Origin: Torpedo marmorata
Taxonomy: Eukaryota
Length of the DNA stretch: 64,000 nt
Direction: 5' to 3'
Assembly (NCBI GenBank): GCA_977017645.1
Contig: OZ360233.1
Span: forward strand, 75,950,001 to 76,014,000
Positions 38,101 through 48,505 of the stretch are shown here, piece by piece. The notes beneath the pieces are model-generated. The model had not been told where the DNA came from and ran no database searches. It worked only from the letters and a program-made list of their open reading frames with translations. Both the position numbers and the translations under genes were made by a program. How positions within the stretch are numbered: position 1 is the stretch's first letter; each line of letters starts with the position of its first letter.

Positions 38101-38475
38101 TTTAAAGAACTTACGAAGGTACAGCTGCAGTCTCCGTCGGGCCGCGGGACCTTTTAACAACTCACGCAAGTACAGCTGCGGCACCGCGGGAGTTTTAAAC
38201 GGCCAGAGAACGGGCCGTTTAAACTTCGCGGGAGCCGCAGACAGCAGGCAATCAACACAATTACAAATCGCGCAGGATTTAAAGGGACAGCGCACGGTCC
38301 GTTTAAACACTGCGGGACCTACCGGCAGCGGATCCAAGGGCCAGGTAAAGAAGCCCCGACCACGTAGACGCGGATCCAAGGGCCAGGTAAAGAAGTCCCG
38401 ACCACGGGGACGCAGAGGGGGGCTACAAGTCAAACTGAGAAGGGGGGACCTGAAGCTTCTGCTCCCTACCATCCT
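35176..38475 (-). mobile_element. Young, apparently full-length Rex1/Babar-like LINE with inverted 5' end
   Basis: (TTCTGA)n 3' tail at ~35176-35200; uninterrupted APE+RT ORF; segment 37933-38475 is the element 5' end in the opposite orientation (homologous to ~19505-19980 of the other copy). Confidence 0.9.
35330..37894 (-). CDS. LINE ORF: apurinic-like endonuclease plus reverse transcriptase (854 aa open)
   Basis: APE motifs CFTETWL, GDFN, TLDHCY, SDH; RT motifs [38 protein letters not shown]. Confidence 0.92.
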   Translation of the reverse strand: MENKFDELQARIQYQGVIRECCVMCFTETWLNKDIPDTALQPKGYTLHRADRTPASGKTRGGGVCVIINSSWCTDVTVMSQSCSPDLEHLAIKCRPFYLPREFTAIILVAVYIPPQANVRLALEGLSTVINSHETAHPDAFPIIVGDFNQANLKKSLTNYHQHITCETRGTNTLDHCYTTVKNAYRAIPRPHFGKSDHLAVLLLPAYKQRLKSTATVERTAKVWSREAEERLQDCFDSVDWNIFKHSAIDINEYATGVTDFIKTCVDECVPTRKYRVFPNQKPWMNQRIRNLLRTRTRAFKDGDRDLYKKSRHDLRKAISEGKWQFRRKLETETDTRQLWQGVQAITAYKTRVNTIDGCDASLPDELNTFYARFEKKNKTVPNRIPERAEDPVISVSEGDVRTSFKRVNPRKASGPDGVPGRVLKICANQLAGVFTDIFNLSLRQSEVPTCFKRASIIPVPKKSSVSCLNDYRPVALTSTVMKCFERLVMARINTYLSKDLDPLQFAYRHNRSTADAISLALHSALDHLENSNSYIRLLFIDYSSVFNTIIPSVLVKKLQTLGLCTPLCNWILDFLIGRPQSVRIGNNVSSSLIINTGAPQGCVLSPLLYSLYTHDCVARHNSNAIYKFADDTTVVGRITNGNEEAYRREIDQLIEWCNDNNLELNVSKTKEMIVDFRRKSGEHNPVLIEGSVVERVKNFKFLGVNISEDLSWSIHVDAITKKARQRLYFVRRLRRFGMSPKTLVNFYRCTVESILAGCITAWYGGANSQDKGKLQKVVTSACDITGTKLHSIEDIYMRRCLNKAASILKDPHHPGHALFTLLPSGKRYRSLKTSTQRHKVSFFPAAIRFLNNQ

Positions 38476-38719
38476 ATATAGCACAAAAGGTCTGTCTGCA
38501 CTATTGCAAATCACTTTTTTTGCACTAGAATTACTATGAATATTTATTATCTATCCAATGTATTTATTGTCTCTTTTTATTTCATTCAGTTAGTTTACTA
38601 TTACAGTTTTTCTTCACAAGTACCTGTTTGGCTGCAGCAAGTAAGATTTTGGTGCCTACGTACATTGTAAAATACGTATGACAATAAACTGATCAGCATC
38701 AACAGGTCTGTCAACATCT

Positions 38720-39490
38720 AGTAGTGGAAGCTCACGTTTATCCGAATAATTGTGAGGTGATGCATTTTGGTAGGTCAAACCAGAAGGCTGAGTACAGGGT
38801 TAATGGTCGGATACTTAACAGTGTGGAGGAACAGAGGGACCTTGGGGTCCAAATCCATACATCCCTCAAGGTTGCCGCACAGGTTGATAGGATAGTTAAG
38901 AAGGCCTATGGGATGCAGGGCTTCATTAGTCGGGAGATTGAGTTCAAGAGTCGAGAGGTCATGTTGCATCTCTACAAATCTCTGGTGAGACCACACTTAT
39001 AGTATTGTGTTAAGTTCTGGTCGCCGAGTAAGGATGTGGAAGCTATGGAGAGGGTGCAGAGGAGATTTACCAGGATGTTGCCTGGATTGGAAAATAAATC
39101 TTGAGGCAAGGTTAGCAGAGCTAGGACTTTTCTCTTTGGATGAGAGGAGGCTTAATAGACGTCTACAAGTTTCTGAGAGGCATAGATAAGGTGGACAGCC
39201 AACGCATTTTTCCCAGGCCGGGAATAGCAAACACCAGAGGACATATGTACAAAGTGAAGGGAGGAAAGTTTTTACACAGTGTTGTGAGTACCTGGAATGC
39301 CTTGCCAGGGATGGTGGTGGAGGCTGAAACTTTTGGGGCATTTAAGAGACTCTTAGACAGGCACATGCATGAAAGATAAATAGAGGGTTACGAGGTAGGA
39401 AGGGTTTAGTATTTTTTTAGTAGGAATATATAGGTCAGCACAACGAGGGCCGAAGGGCCTGTACTGTGCTGTCATGTTCTTTGTTTTGAT
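38720..39490 (+). mobile_element. CR1 3' fragment (similar fragments at ~4700-5035, 21800-22660, 43100-44010, 52120-52470, 54885-55345)
   Basis: CEVMHFGR, QRDLGV, LYKSLVRPHL, NTRGH motifs and the shared GGGCCGAAGGGCCTGTACTGTGCTG tail. Confidence 0.8.
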
Positions 39491-39861
39491 GATCAGACTT
39501 TTCTTCAAATTCAGAGGTTAACTGACTCTCTAAGTGTATTTATTGAAGGTGGCTGCAGTGCTGCCATCCAGTCACTAGGTGCCACTTGGTAAATAATTCA
39601 TAATCAGAGTAAAAAGAGCACAGAATAGGGCATTGAGCATGTGCTGGCATTTTGATGGTGGATTTTATTCATATTTCTTGCTTGTTCCCAGTAGCCCTAT
39701 AATTTCAATCACTTCTCTGAATATTGCTGTTGAATTTGCCTTCTCCACCCATCAACAACTCACAGCGCAAGTCCTGAGCTATCCTCCTGTCACCACTTGC
39801 CTTTTTGGGAGTTATGTTAAACACAAGTCCTCTGGTTACCAACTCTTCTGCATGTCATTAC

Positions 39862-41654
39862 TTTTCTACAGGTACATTAAAAGTAAAAGAATAGTGAGGG
39901 ATAAAATTGGGCCCATGAGGATCAGACGGGTAGGCTATGTGAGAAGTCAGAGGAGATGGGGGAAATTTTAAATGAATTTTTTCTTCAGTATTTACAAAGG
40001 AAAGGAATTTTGAGCCAGGTGAAGTAAGGAAATCTGGTAGTGAGGTCATGGATAATATAAAGATTAATGAGGAGGTAGTATTGGCTATTTTAAAGAGTAT
40101 AAAGGTGGATAAATCTCCAGGTCCTGACATGATATTCCCGAGAACCCTGAGGGAGGTTAGTGTACAAATAGTGGGGGCTTTGACAGAAATATTTAAAATG
40201 TCACTGGCCACGGGTGAGGTGCCGGAGGATTGGAGGGTAGCTCATGTTGTCCCGCTGTTTAAAAAAGGCTCCAAAAGTAAACCTGGAAATTATAGGCCTG
40301 TGAGTCTGACATCGGTGGTGAGTAAATTAATGGAGAGTGTTCTTAGAGATGGTGTATACAGTTATTTGGAAAGACAAGCATTGATTAGGAGTAGTCAACA
40401 CGGTTTTGTACGTGGTAGATCATGTTTAACAAATCTCAGAGTTCTTCGATGTGGTTACTAAGAAGGTTGACGAGGGGAAGGCTGTGGATGTTGTCTATAT
40501 GGACAAGGTTCCGCATAAGAGGCTAGTTAGGAAGGTTCAAGCATTAGGTATTAATGTCGAAGTAGTGAAATGGATTCAACAATGGTTGGATAGGAGATGC
40601 CAGAGAGCAATGGTTGAAAATTGTTTGTCAAATTGGAGGCCAGTGACTAGTGGAGTGCCTCAGGGATCGGTACTGGGTCCATTGCTGTTTGTCATATATA
40701 TTAATGATCTAGATTATAGGGTGGTAAATTGGATTAGTAAGTATACAGATGATACGAAGATTGGTGGTGTTGTGGACAGTGAAGAGGGTTATCAAAGCTT
40801 GCAGGGGGATATAGGACAGTTAGAAGAGTGGGGTGAAACATGGCAGATGGAGTTTAATACTGATAAATGTGAGGTGCTACATTTTGGTAGGACTAATCAG
40901 CAAAGGTCATACATGTTAAATGGAAGACAATTGAGGAGTGCAGTAGAACAGAGGGATTTAGGAATTCTGGTACATAATTCCCTGAAAGTTGAGTCACACG
41001 TAGAAAGGGTGGTGAAGAAAGCATTTGGTATGTTGGCCTTTATAAATCAGAGTATTGAATACAGGAGTTGGGATGTCATGTTGAAGTTGTATAAGGCATT
41101 GGTGAGGCTAAATTTGGAATATTGTGTGCAGTTTTGGTCGCCGAATTATAGGAAGGCTATAAACAGAATAGAGAGAGTGCAGAGGAGATTTACAAGAATG
41201 TTGCCTGGGTTTCTGGGTTTGAGTTACAGGGAAACGTTGAGCAGGCTGGGACTTTATTCCCTGGAGCGTAGAAGGTTGAGGGGTGATTTGATAGAGGTAT
41301 TTAAAATTATGAAGGGGACAGATAGAGGACAGGCTTTTTCCATTGAGAGTGGGGAAGATTCAAACACGAGGGCATGGATTGAGATTGAAGGGGGAAATGT
41401 TTAGAGGAAACATGAGGGGGAATTTCTTCACTCAGAGGGTGGTGGGAGTGTGGAACGAGCTTCCGGCCGAAGTGGTAGATGCAGGTTCAATTTTAATGTT
41501 TAAGGAAAAGTTGGATAGGTATATGGACGAGAGAGGTGTGGAGGGTTATGGGCCCGGTGCGGGTCAGTGGGACTAGGTAGGAGAAGGTGTTCGGCATGGA
41601 CTAGAAGGGCCGAACTGGCCTGTTTCTGTGCTGTAATTGTTATATGGTTATATG
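39862..41654 (+). mobile_element. 5'-truncated CR1 LINE (RT region, frameshifted)
   Basis: KSPGPD, NYRPVSLTS, QHGFVRGRSCLTN, GVPQGSVLGP, YTDDTK, FFTQRVVGVWN; short tandem tail. Confidence 0.9.
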
Positions 41655-42218
41655 TCGACATTCACCAAACTACTCGACCTTCTGTGCCTGGAGGAAGACA
41701 AGCCTGACATTGCCAGTCTCCCCACACTATTCACAAGGCAGGTTGGCAAACGTCCCGAAGTATTGAGGAACCATGCAGGAAGTGAAGCGACCAAAGTGTT
41801 TTCGTGATGCTTTCCTGGGAAACTACAGAGCTGGCATCCAGACAGAGACTCAGTCCCAATGGGTGCAATTGGCCCTCTCTCTCACTGAATGAATCGTGGG
41901 AGCTGAGATTTCCCTTCATCGACTGTACAGCTCTACGACAAAAACACTTCACATCCACAGAATATTACAAGCATTGTCTATCCAGGGAATTGCATGTCCC
42001 ATCTATGCCAGCAATGCTCCACAAATCAGACTGAATTAATAACGAAATAATCCAGTTATATTGATGAAGCACGAGAGACTGCAAAGGCTGTAAACTGGAG
42101 CAGAAAACAATCTGCTGCAGGAACTTTGTATTCATGAATAGAATTGGCTTTTATTGCACTTCCCAAGCAAGATATTTTTAAAGAGTGTACTTTCCCATTC
42201 AGTGTGATAGTTATTGCC

Positions 42219-42740
42219 AAGTCAAGTTTATTATCACCTGATTGCATAAGTACATCCTGACGAAACAGCATTCTCCGGACCTCGGTGCAAACATGCAGAC
42301 ACACAACCACCAGACATAACACACATACAGACAACGATACATATGCAGGACAAGTATTCATATGTACAAATAAATAAATGTAGTTTCGTAAATATGAGAG
42401 TCTCAGATGGTTAATGTGAGCAGTTCCTTTGGTCGTTCAGCATTCTCACTGCCCGTGGGAAGAAGCTGCTCCTCAGCCTGGTGGTGCTGGCTCTGATACT
42501 CCTGTATCTCTTCCCCGACGGGAGCAGCTGAAAGATGCTGTGTGCAGGGTGGAAGGGGTCCTCAATAATTTTGCGCACCCTCTTCAGACAACGATCCCGG
42601 TAGATCACGTCGTGGTGGGGGTGTGGGGGGGGGGGAGACTCCAGCAATCCTCTCTGCCACCCTTATGGTCCTGTGGATTGACCTCCGATCCATTTCTCTG
42701 CAGCAACCACACCACATTGTGATGCAGCCGGTCAGGATAG
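42219..42740 (-). mobile_element. Rex1-like LINE 3' fragment (DPFHPAHSIFQLLPSGKRYRS subfamily)
   Basis: Translated C-terminus and CTTGA tail; near-identical to copies at 46705-47280, 55385-56235 and 57955-58365. Confidence 0.8.
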
Positions 42741-43515
42741 CAGTGCGGCTTGTTGCCACACAGTTCCAGTTACAGGGGCTCAGTCCTGACCTCGGGTAAT
42801 ATCTGTGTGGAGCTAGCACATTCTCCACCCAATTGCTCCACTGGCTGCTCCAGCTTCCTCCCACATTCCAAAGACATGCTGGTGGAGATATTTGTTACTA
42901 AACTTCCCTTTATGAAGGGGGTTGGTGGGAGAATTAGTGGGTGGGGTGGATTGGCTTGTGAGAGAGCATAGTGGCAGGCAGGCAAGTGGAGGAGTGGGAC
43001 TTGTAGCTTTACTCTGAGAGCCAGCAGACTCCCAGGGCCAAATGGCCTCCTTCGGAGAAATGAAGCTACTCACGTCTTGTCAAGTTAAGAACAAGGTGTT
43101 CATTTCTGGTCACCTCATTACAGGAAGGATGAGGAGACTTTGGAGAGGGTGCAGAGGAGATTTACCAGGATGTTTCTTGGATTGGAGAACATGTCTTATG
43201 AGCAAGGTTAATAGAGCTAGGGCTTTTCTCTTTGGAGCACCGAAGGATGATTATGAGAGGCATAGATAGGGTAGACAGCCAGCACCTTTTTCCTGGGGCA
43301 ACAGTAGCAAATACCAGAGAAAATTTGTACAAGGTGAAAGAGGGAAAATTTAGGAGAGGCATCAAGGGTAGGTATTTTTTAAGACAGAGTCGAGGGTGCC
43401 TGGAAAGTATTGCTAAGGGTGGTGGTGGAGGCTGGTACAATAGGGACATTAAAAATATTCTTAGACAGGCAAGAAAAATAGAGGGTTATGGGTGTGAGGT
43501 AGGGCAGGTTTAGGT

Positions 43516-43692
43516 CAGGGGTGGCCAACTTTTTCATTTTTAATTTAGACATACAGCACGGTAACTGGCCATTTCGGCCCATGAGTCCGTGCTGCCCAAT
43601 TAACCTACACCCCCGGTACGTACTCGTGGGCTGGAATGGCCAGTTACCGTGCTGTATGTCTAAATCAAAAATTAAAAGGTTGGCCACCCCTC
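43516..43692. mobile_element. hAT-like MITE filled with inverted SINE tails
   Basis: TIR CAGGGGTGGCCAAC / GTTGGCCACCCCTC; 8-bp TSD GTTTAGGT/GTTTAGAT. Confidence 0.75.
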
Positions 43693-44999
43693 GTTTAGAT
43701 TGTTGAGTAGGTTTATATAGGTCGGCACAACATCGTGGGCCGAAGGGCCTGTACTGTTCTGTAATGTTCTATGTTTCACCCAGAGAGTTGTGGATCTGAG
43801 ACATGCTCTGCCTCAGAAGGCAGTGGAGGCCAATTCTCTGGATGCTTTCAAGAAAGAGTTAGATAGAGCTCTTAAAGGTAGCGGAGTCAAGGGATATGGG
43901 GAGAAGGCAGGAACGGGGTACTGATAGTGGATGATCAGCCAGGATCACAGTGAATGGCGGTGCTGGCTCGAAGGGCCGAATGGCCTACTCCTGCACCTAT
44001 TGTCTATATGGATAGCATGTTTCCTGTTCCTTTGATGCTTAAAACCAGTCATTATACTGAGAGATGGAGGTTCATGCAAAATGACCTCACTTCATTCTAA
44101 GATGAAGAGAACTGACGGCATCAAAGAAGTGGGTGCTGAAAGCTTAACTGTACAGAATCTGGGATTGGGATAAGTAGGGATGGCAGTCTACAGGATAGAA
44201 GCAAAAGCTCTGTTCAGAGGTTATACAACTACAGAGAGCCAGCCAGATTGCATCAAATCTGTCACATCAGATTGTACGAGCTTTGTATATACCAGTAACT
44301 GCATATATTCTGGGATTTGCCATCTCAGCAACACACTTGTGTCTAACCGTGCATTCGGAAATAAATCACGAGGAACTTGTTCATGATTTTTAAAGAGAAT
44401 TCCTTCCAAACCTCAGAGGCAAGGGTGCTTTCTATGACAATGTTTGCTTACAAATCAGGGGAGTTTTCTGAACAACTATCGCAAATCACTCCCAGGATTC
44501 AGGCTACCCTGCCAATGGCAGCAATTATTGTCTCTCCCTGAATGATGCTGAATTAAATTGAAGAATCATACACAAGGAAGTCTGCTGACACTGGAGTTGA
44601 GTGCAATATGCATAAGTGCTGGAGAAACTCAGCAGGTCATGCAGCATCGATAGAAAGTATCTTACCTGTTAGCCTGTGCTCCCCCTGGCCCTTCCTCCCT
44701 CCTCTCCTTCCTCTCCCCCCCACCTTTTTATTCAGGTGCCTGCCTGTCTTTTGCTTGTATCTCAACAAAGGGCTCAGTCCTGAAACATTGGTTATTCTTT
44801 ACTTACTATAAGATGCTGCGTGATCTACTGAGTTTCTTATTCACTTTTGTGAATCATGCACATTGATGGATCTGCAGTCAACTGTAGCCTGGAGAGATGG
44901 ATGGTGGGTTTTTTACAGTAATCCAGTAGTTCCATGATCAGTGTTACCAGCTGTTTTTCCTCCAAATTCCAGATATTACTGCTTGAATCTAAATTAAAT

Positions 45000-45255
45000 T
45001 TTAAAAATTTAAATTAAATTTAGACATACAGCACGGTAACAGGCCATTTTGGCCCACGAGTCCGTGCCGCCCAATTGACCTACAACCCCCGGTACGTTTC
45101 GAATGGTGGGAGGAAACCGGAGCCCCCGGGGAAAACCCACGCAGATATGGGGAAATGTACAAACTCCTTAGAGACAGCGCGGGATTCGAACCCCGGTCCC
45201 GATCGCTGGCGCTGTGAAGGCATTGCGCTAACCGCTACACCAACTGTGCCGCCCG
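45000..45255 (-). mobile_element. V-domain SINE
   Basis: Complete tRNA-like head GGGCGGCACAG..., core and AT-rich tail. Confidence 0.8.
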
Positions 45256-45770
45256 TGATCAGCAACCACAATGGGATTTGAATTCATGGTCCCTGATTCT
45301 GTCTGCTCATCCATTAACTTGAGCCCTACACTTGCCTTTAGCCAAATGAGCACAGTCCTGACATAATAACAGCTCATTGATCAAAAATTTTGAAGGCTTT
45401 TACATTCACTGCACTGTATAGTCTCGAGTATGATTTATTTACATAGCAGCATCAACTGTGGGAGCTATTTTTGCCTTAGTTCAAAGTTGAACATTACTGT
45501 TAAATTAAACTGCATTGGACACTGATGGTGTATCCCTGGTCACATTGAACTTCACTGGATTTTGTTTTTTTTTCTCATCACTGACAAGAGCAACACATTT
45601 CCCTTTCCTTATTGCCCTTGGGAAGGTGAAGAGTCACTTTCTTCAGCTGCTGCACTTCTGGTGAAGGTCCTTAGATTATGCTATTGGGTTGAGTGTTCCA
45701 TACTCAGTGATAATGTTTTTTTTTAAGTTCAAATTTGTTGTCAGAATACACAAATCCTCTTCATTTCATT

Positions 45771-46600
45771 TCAGAATCAGAATTTATTGTCATGAATATA
45801 TCGCAAAATTTGTTGTTTTGCGGCAGCATTACAGTGCAAATATTGCAATAAATTACATTTCAAAAATAAATAGTGCAAGAATATAGGAGAAAGTGAGGTA
45901 GTGTCTGTGGTTCATTGTCCATTCAGAAATCTGATGGCAGAGGGGAAGAAGCTGTCCTTGTGCCGCTGGGAGCTCGGCTTCTGGCTCCTGTATCTTTTTT
46001 CTGATGGTAACAGTGTGAAGAGGGCATGGCCTGGGTGGGGGGGGGGGGGTCCTTGAGGATAGAGGCTGCTTTCTTAAGACACTGCCTCTTGTAGATGTCC
46101 TTGATGGAGTGAAGACTGGGGTCTGTAATGGCGCTGGCCGAGTTAACAACTGTCTGGAGTTTTTTCCTGTCCTATGCATTGCACCTCCATACCAGACAGT
46201 GATGCAACCAGTCAGGATGCTCTCCACAGTACACCTGTAGAAATATTCGAGAGTCTTTGGTGACATACCAAATCTCCTCAAACTCCTCATGAAGTATAGC
46301 CGCTGGCGGGCCTTCTTCGTGATTGCATCGACATGGAGACCCCAGGACAGATCCTCAGAGATGTTGACATTCAGGAATATGACGTTTTTGACCTTCTCCA
46401 CTGCTGACCCCTCGATAAGGACTGGTTTGTGTTCTCCTGATTTCCCCTTCCTGAAGTCCACAATCAGCTCCTTGATTTTTTCTAACTTTGAGTGCAAGGT
46501 TGTTGTTGTGACACCACTCAACTAGCCGATCTATCTCCCTCCTGTTCGCTTCCTCATTACCATCTGTGATTATGCTGACGACCGTGGTGTCATCGGCAAA
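45771..46600 (-). mobile_element. 5'-truncated Rex1-like LINE
   Basis: [33 protein letters not shown]; TTCTGA tail. Confidence 0.8.
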
Positions 46601-46704
46601 TGACAGCATGTAATTTGGAGGCAAACTGACAAGATGGTACCACTCTTGTCCCTCTTGGTGATAAGGGCAGTGGTGGGAGAAGTGATCAGAGTAGCCTTGA
46701 TGAA

Positions 46705-47280
46705 TGGTATGGTTGCTGCAGAGAAATGGATCGGAGGTCAATCCACACGACCATTAGAGTGGCAGAGAGGATCACTGGAGTCTCCCTCCCCCCATCGACA
46801 TGATCTACCAGGATTGTTGTCGGAAGAGGGCGCGCAAAATCATTGAGGACCCCTTTCACCCTGCACACAGCTTCTTTCAGCTGCTCCCGTCGGGAAAGAG
46901 ATACAGGAGTATCAGAGCCAGCACCACCAGGCTGAGGAACAGCTTCTTTCTTTTTCTTAAGATAATTTTTATTGAGTTTCAACAATAAACATGTATACAG
47001 AGTAACAGAATTAAGACATACAACTTCTTTCCACGGGCAGTGAGAATGCTGAACAACCAAAGGAACTGCTCACAATAACCATCCGAGACTTTCATATTCA
47101 TGAAACAATATTTACTTATTTACTGGTATAGATGAAATACTTGTCCTGCATATGTATTATTTGTCTGTATGTGAGTTATGTCTGGTTGTATGTCTGCGTG
47201 TTTTGCACTGAGGACTGGAGAACGCTGTTTCGTCGGGTTGTACTTGTACAATCAGATGACAATAAACTTGACTTGACTTG
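46705..47280 (+). mobile_element. Rex1-like LINE 3' fragment containing a 73-bp L1 tail insertion
   Basis: Same subfamily as 42219-42740; (CTTGA)n tail; interrupted at 46951-47023. Confidence 0.8.
46951..47023 (-). mobile_element. 73-bp L1 3'-tail insertion
   Basis: Reverse complement matches the tail at ~23405-23475; 8-bp TSD CTTCTTTC at 46943-46950 and 47024-47031. Confidence 0.8.
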
Positions 47281-47652
47281 AGTAAGCACAGTGCATTTTG
47301 GAGTTACTGGTACCATAGTGTGACTGAAGCCAGTTACCTTGACTGATGTTCCCAGAGCAACATATCTTTTAGGAGACACATAATACCAAGGCTCTGTCTG
47401 CATTATTGGGTCTCTATAAAAGATCTAATGACATTATACAGTATTGAAGACAAAAGGGAGTTCTTCCCCAATGTCCTTCATTCCTCAGCTAACATTCCAG
47501 TCAATGTAACACTGCTGTCATTGTTCATAACAATAGACAGTTTGGAAATTGTCTATTGTTAACAACAATTACAATAGAAGCAGTATTTCTAAGTACATTG
47601 AGTGGTGGGGCCCTGGGTCAACTTGAGGACAAGAAAGGCACAAGAAGTACAG

Positions 47653-48370
47653 GAGTAAAGCACGAAAGTCTGCAGTCACCGTGATTGAAGTAAAAACACA
47701 ATGCTGGGGAAACTCAGCAGGTTAAACAGTGTACTTTATAGAGCAAAGATAAAAATACATAATCAACATTTCAGGCTTGAGCCCTTCATCAAGGTATGAG
47801 CAAAATGGAGGCAGGTGCCCAAACAAAATGTAGCAAAGATAAAGACTGGACGCAGACTGAGAAATCGCTTTGCTGATCATCTTCGCTAGGTCCGCATCAG
47901 TGACAGGGATCTCCCAGTGGCCAACCATTTCATTCTGCACCCCATTCCAGCGCTGACATGTCTGTCCATAGCCTCATGTACTGTCAAACCAAGACCAGCT
48001 ATAAATTGGAGGAGCAACACCTAATTTTTCATCTGGGCACCCTCCAACCGGATGGCATTAACATTGACTTCTCTGATTTCTGTTAGCCCACTCACCATTC
48101 TCATTCTCTTCCCCATCCTTCTGTCTTCTTTCCTCCAGCTCTCCACCCCCTTCCAACTTCATTCACAGAGCCATCCCTCCTCCCCCTTGTTTACTGGTGT
48201 GCCCTCCCTCCCTTATCCACCTATTACCTCCTGCCTGTGGGACTGTGCCCCTGCCCCTCCTCTCCACCAATTTGTCCAGGCGCCTGCCTACATTTTGCTT
48301 ATACCTTGATGAAGGTATCTTTAAAGTACACTGTTTGACCTGCTGAGTTTCTCCAGCATTGTATTTTTAA
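47653..48370. mobile_element. Penelope-derived element with inverted ends
   Basis: Same modules as 30412-31162; imperfect flanking duplication GCACAAG..TACAGG. Confidence 0.75.
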
Positions 48371-48505
48371 TTTTAGCACAAGTACAGGTTTTTTTCTTCT
48401 TATTGTACTGCTTTGGACGTCCATTGCAAAGGGAAGTGCCATAGCGATGAATGATTATTCAAAAACCAATCGGGTCATTAAAACTAACCAAATCTCAACC
48501 TGTAT

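Larger units (their letters stand above)
34908..38692 (+). mobile_element. Older Rex1-like LINE 3' fragment (34908-35175 and 38476-38692) hosting the inverted LINE
   Basis: KAANIIKDPHHPGHNLFSLLPSGRRY...FFPTAIRLLN C-terminus; 3' UTR resumes after 38475 and ends at CAATAAA. Confidence 0.7.

Noticed and set aside
37856-38539. 227-aa novel gene
   Set aside because: It is the inverted N-terminal part of the LINE ORF.
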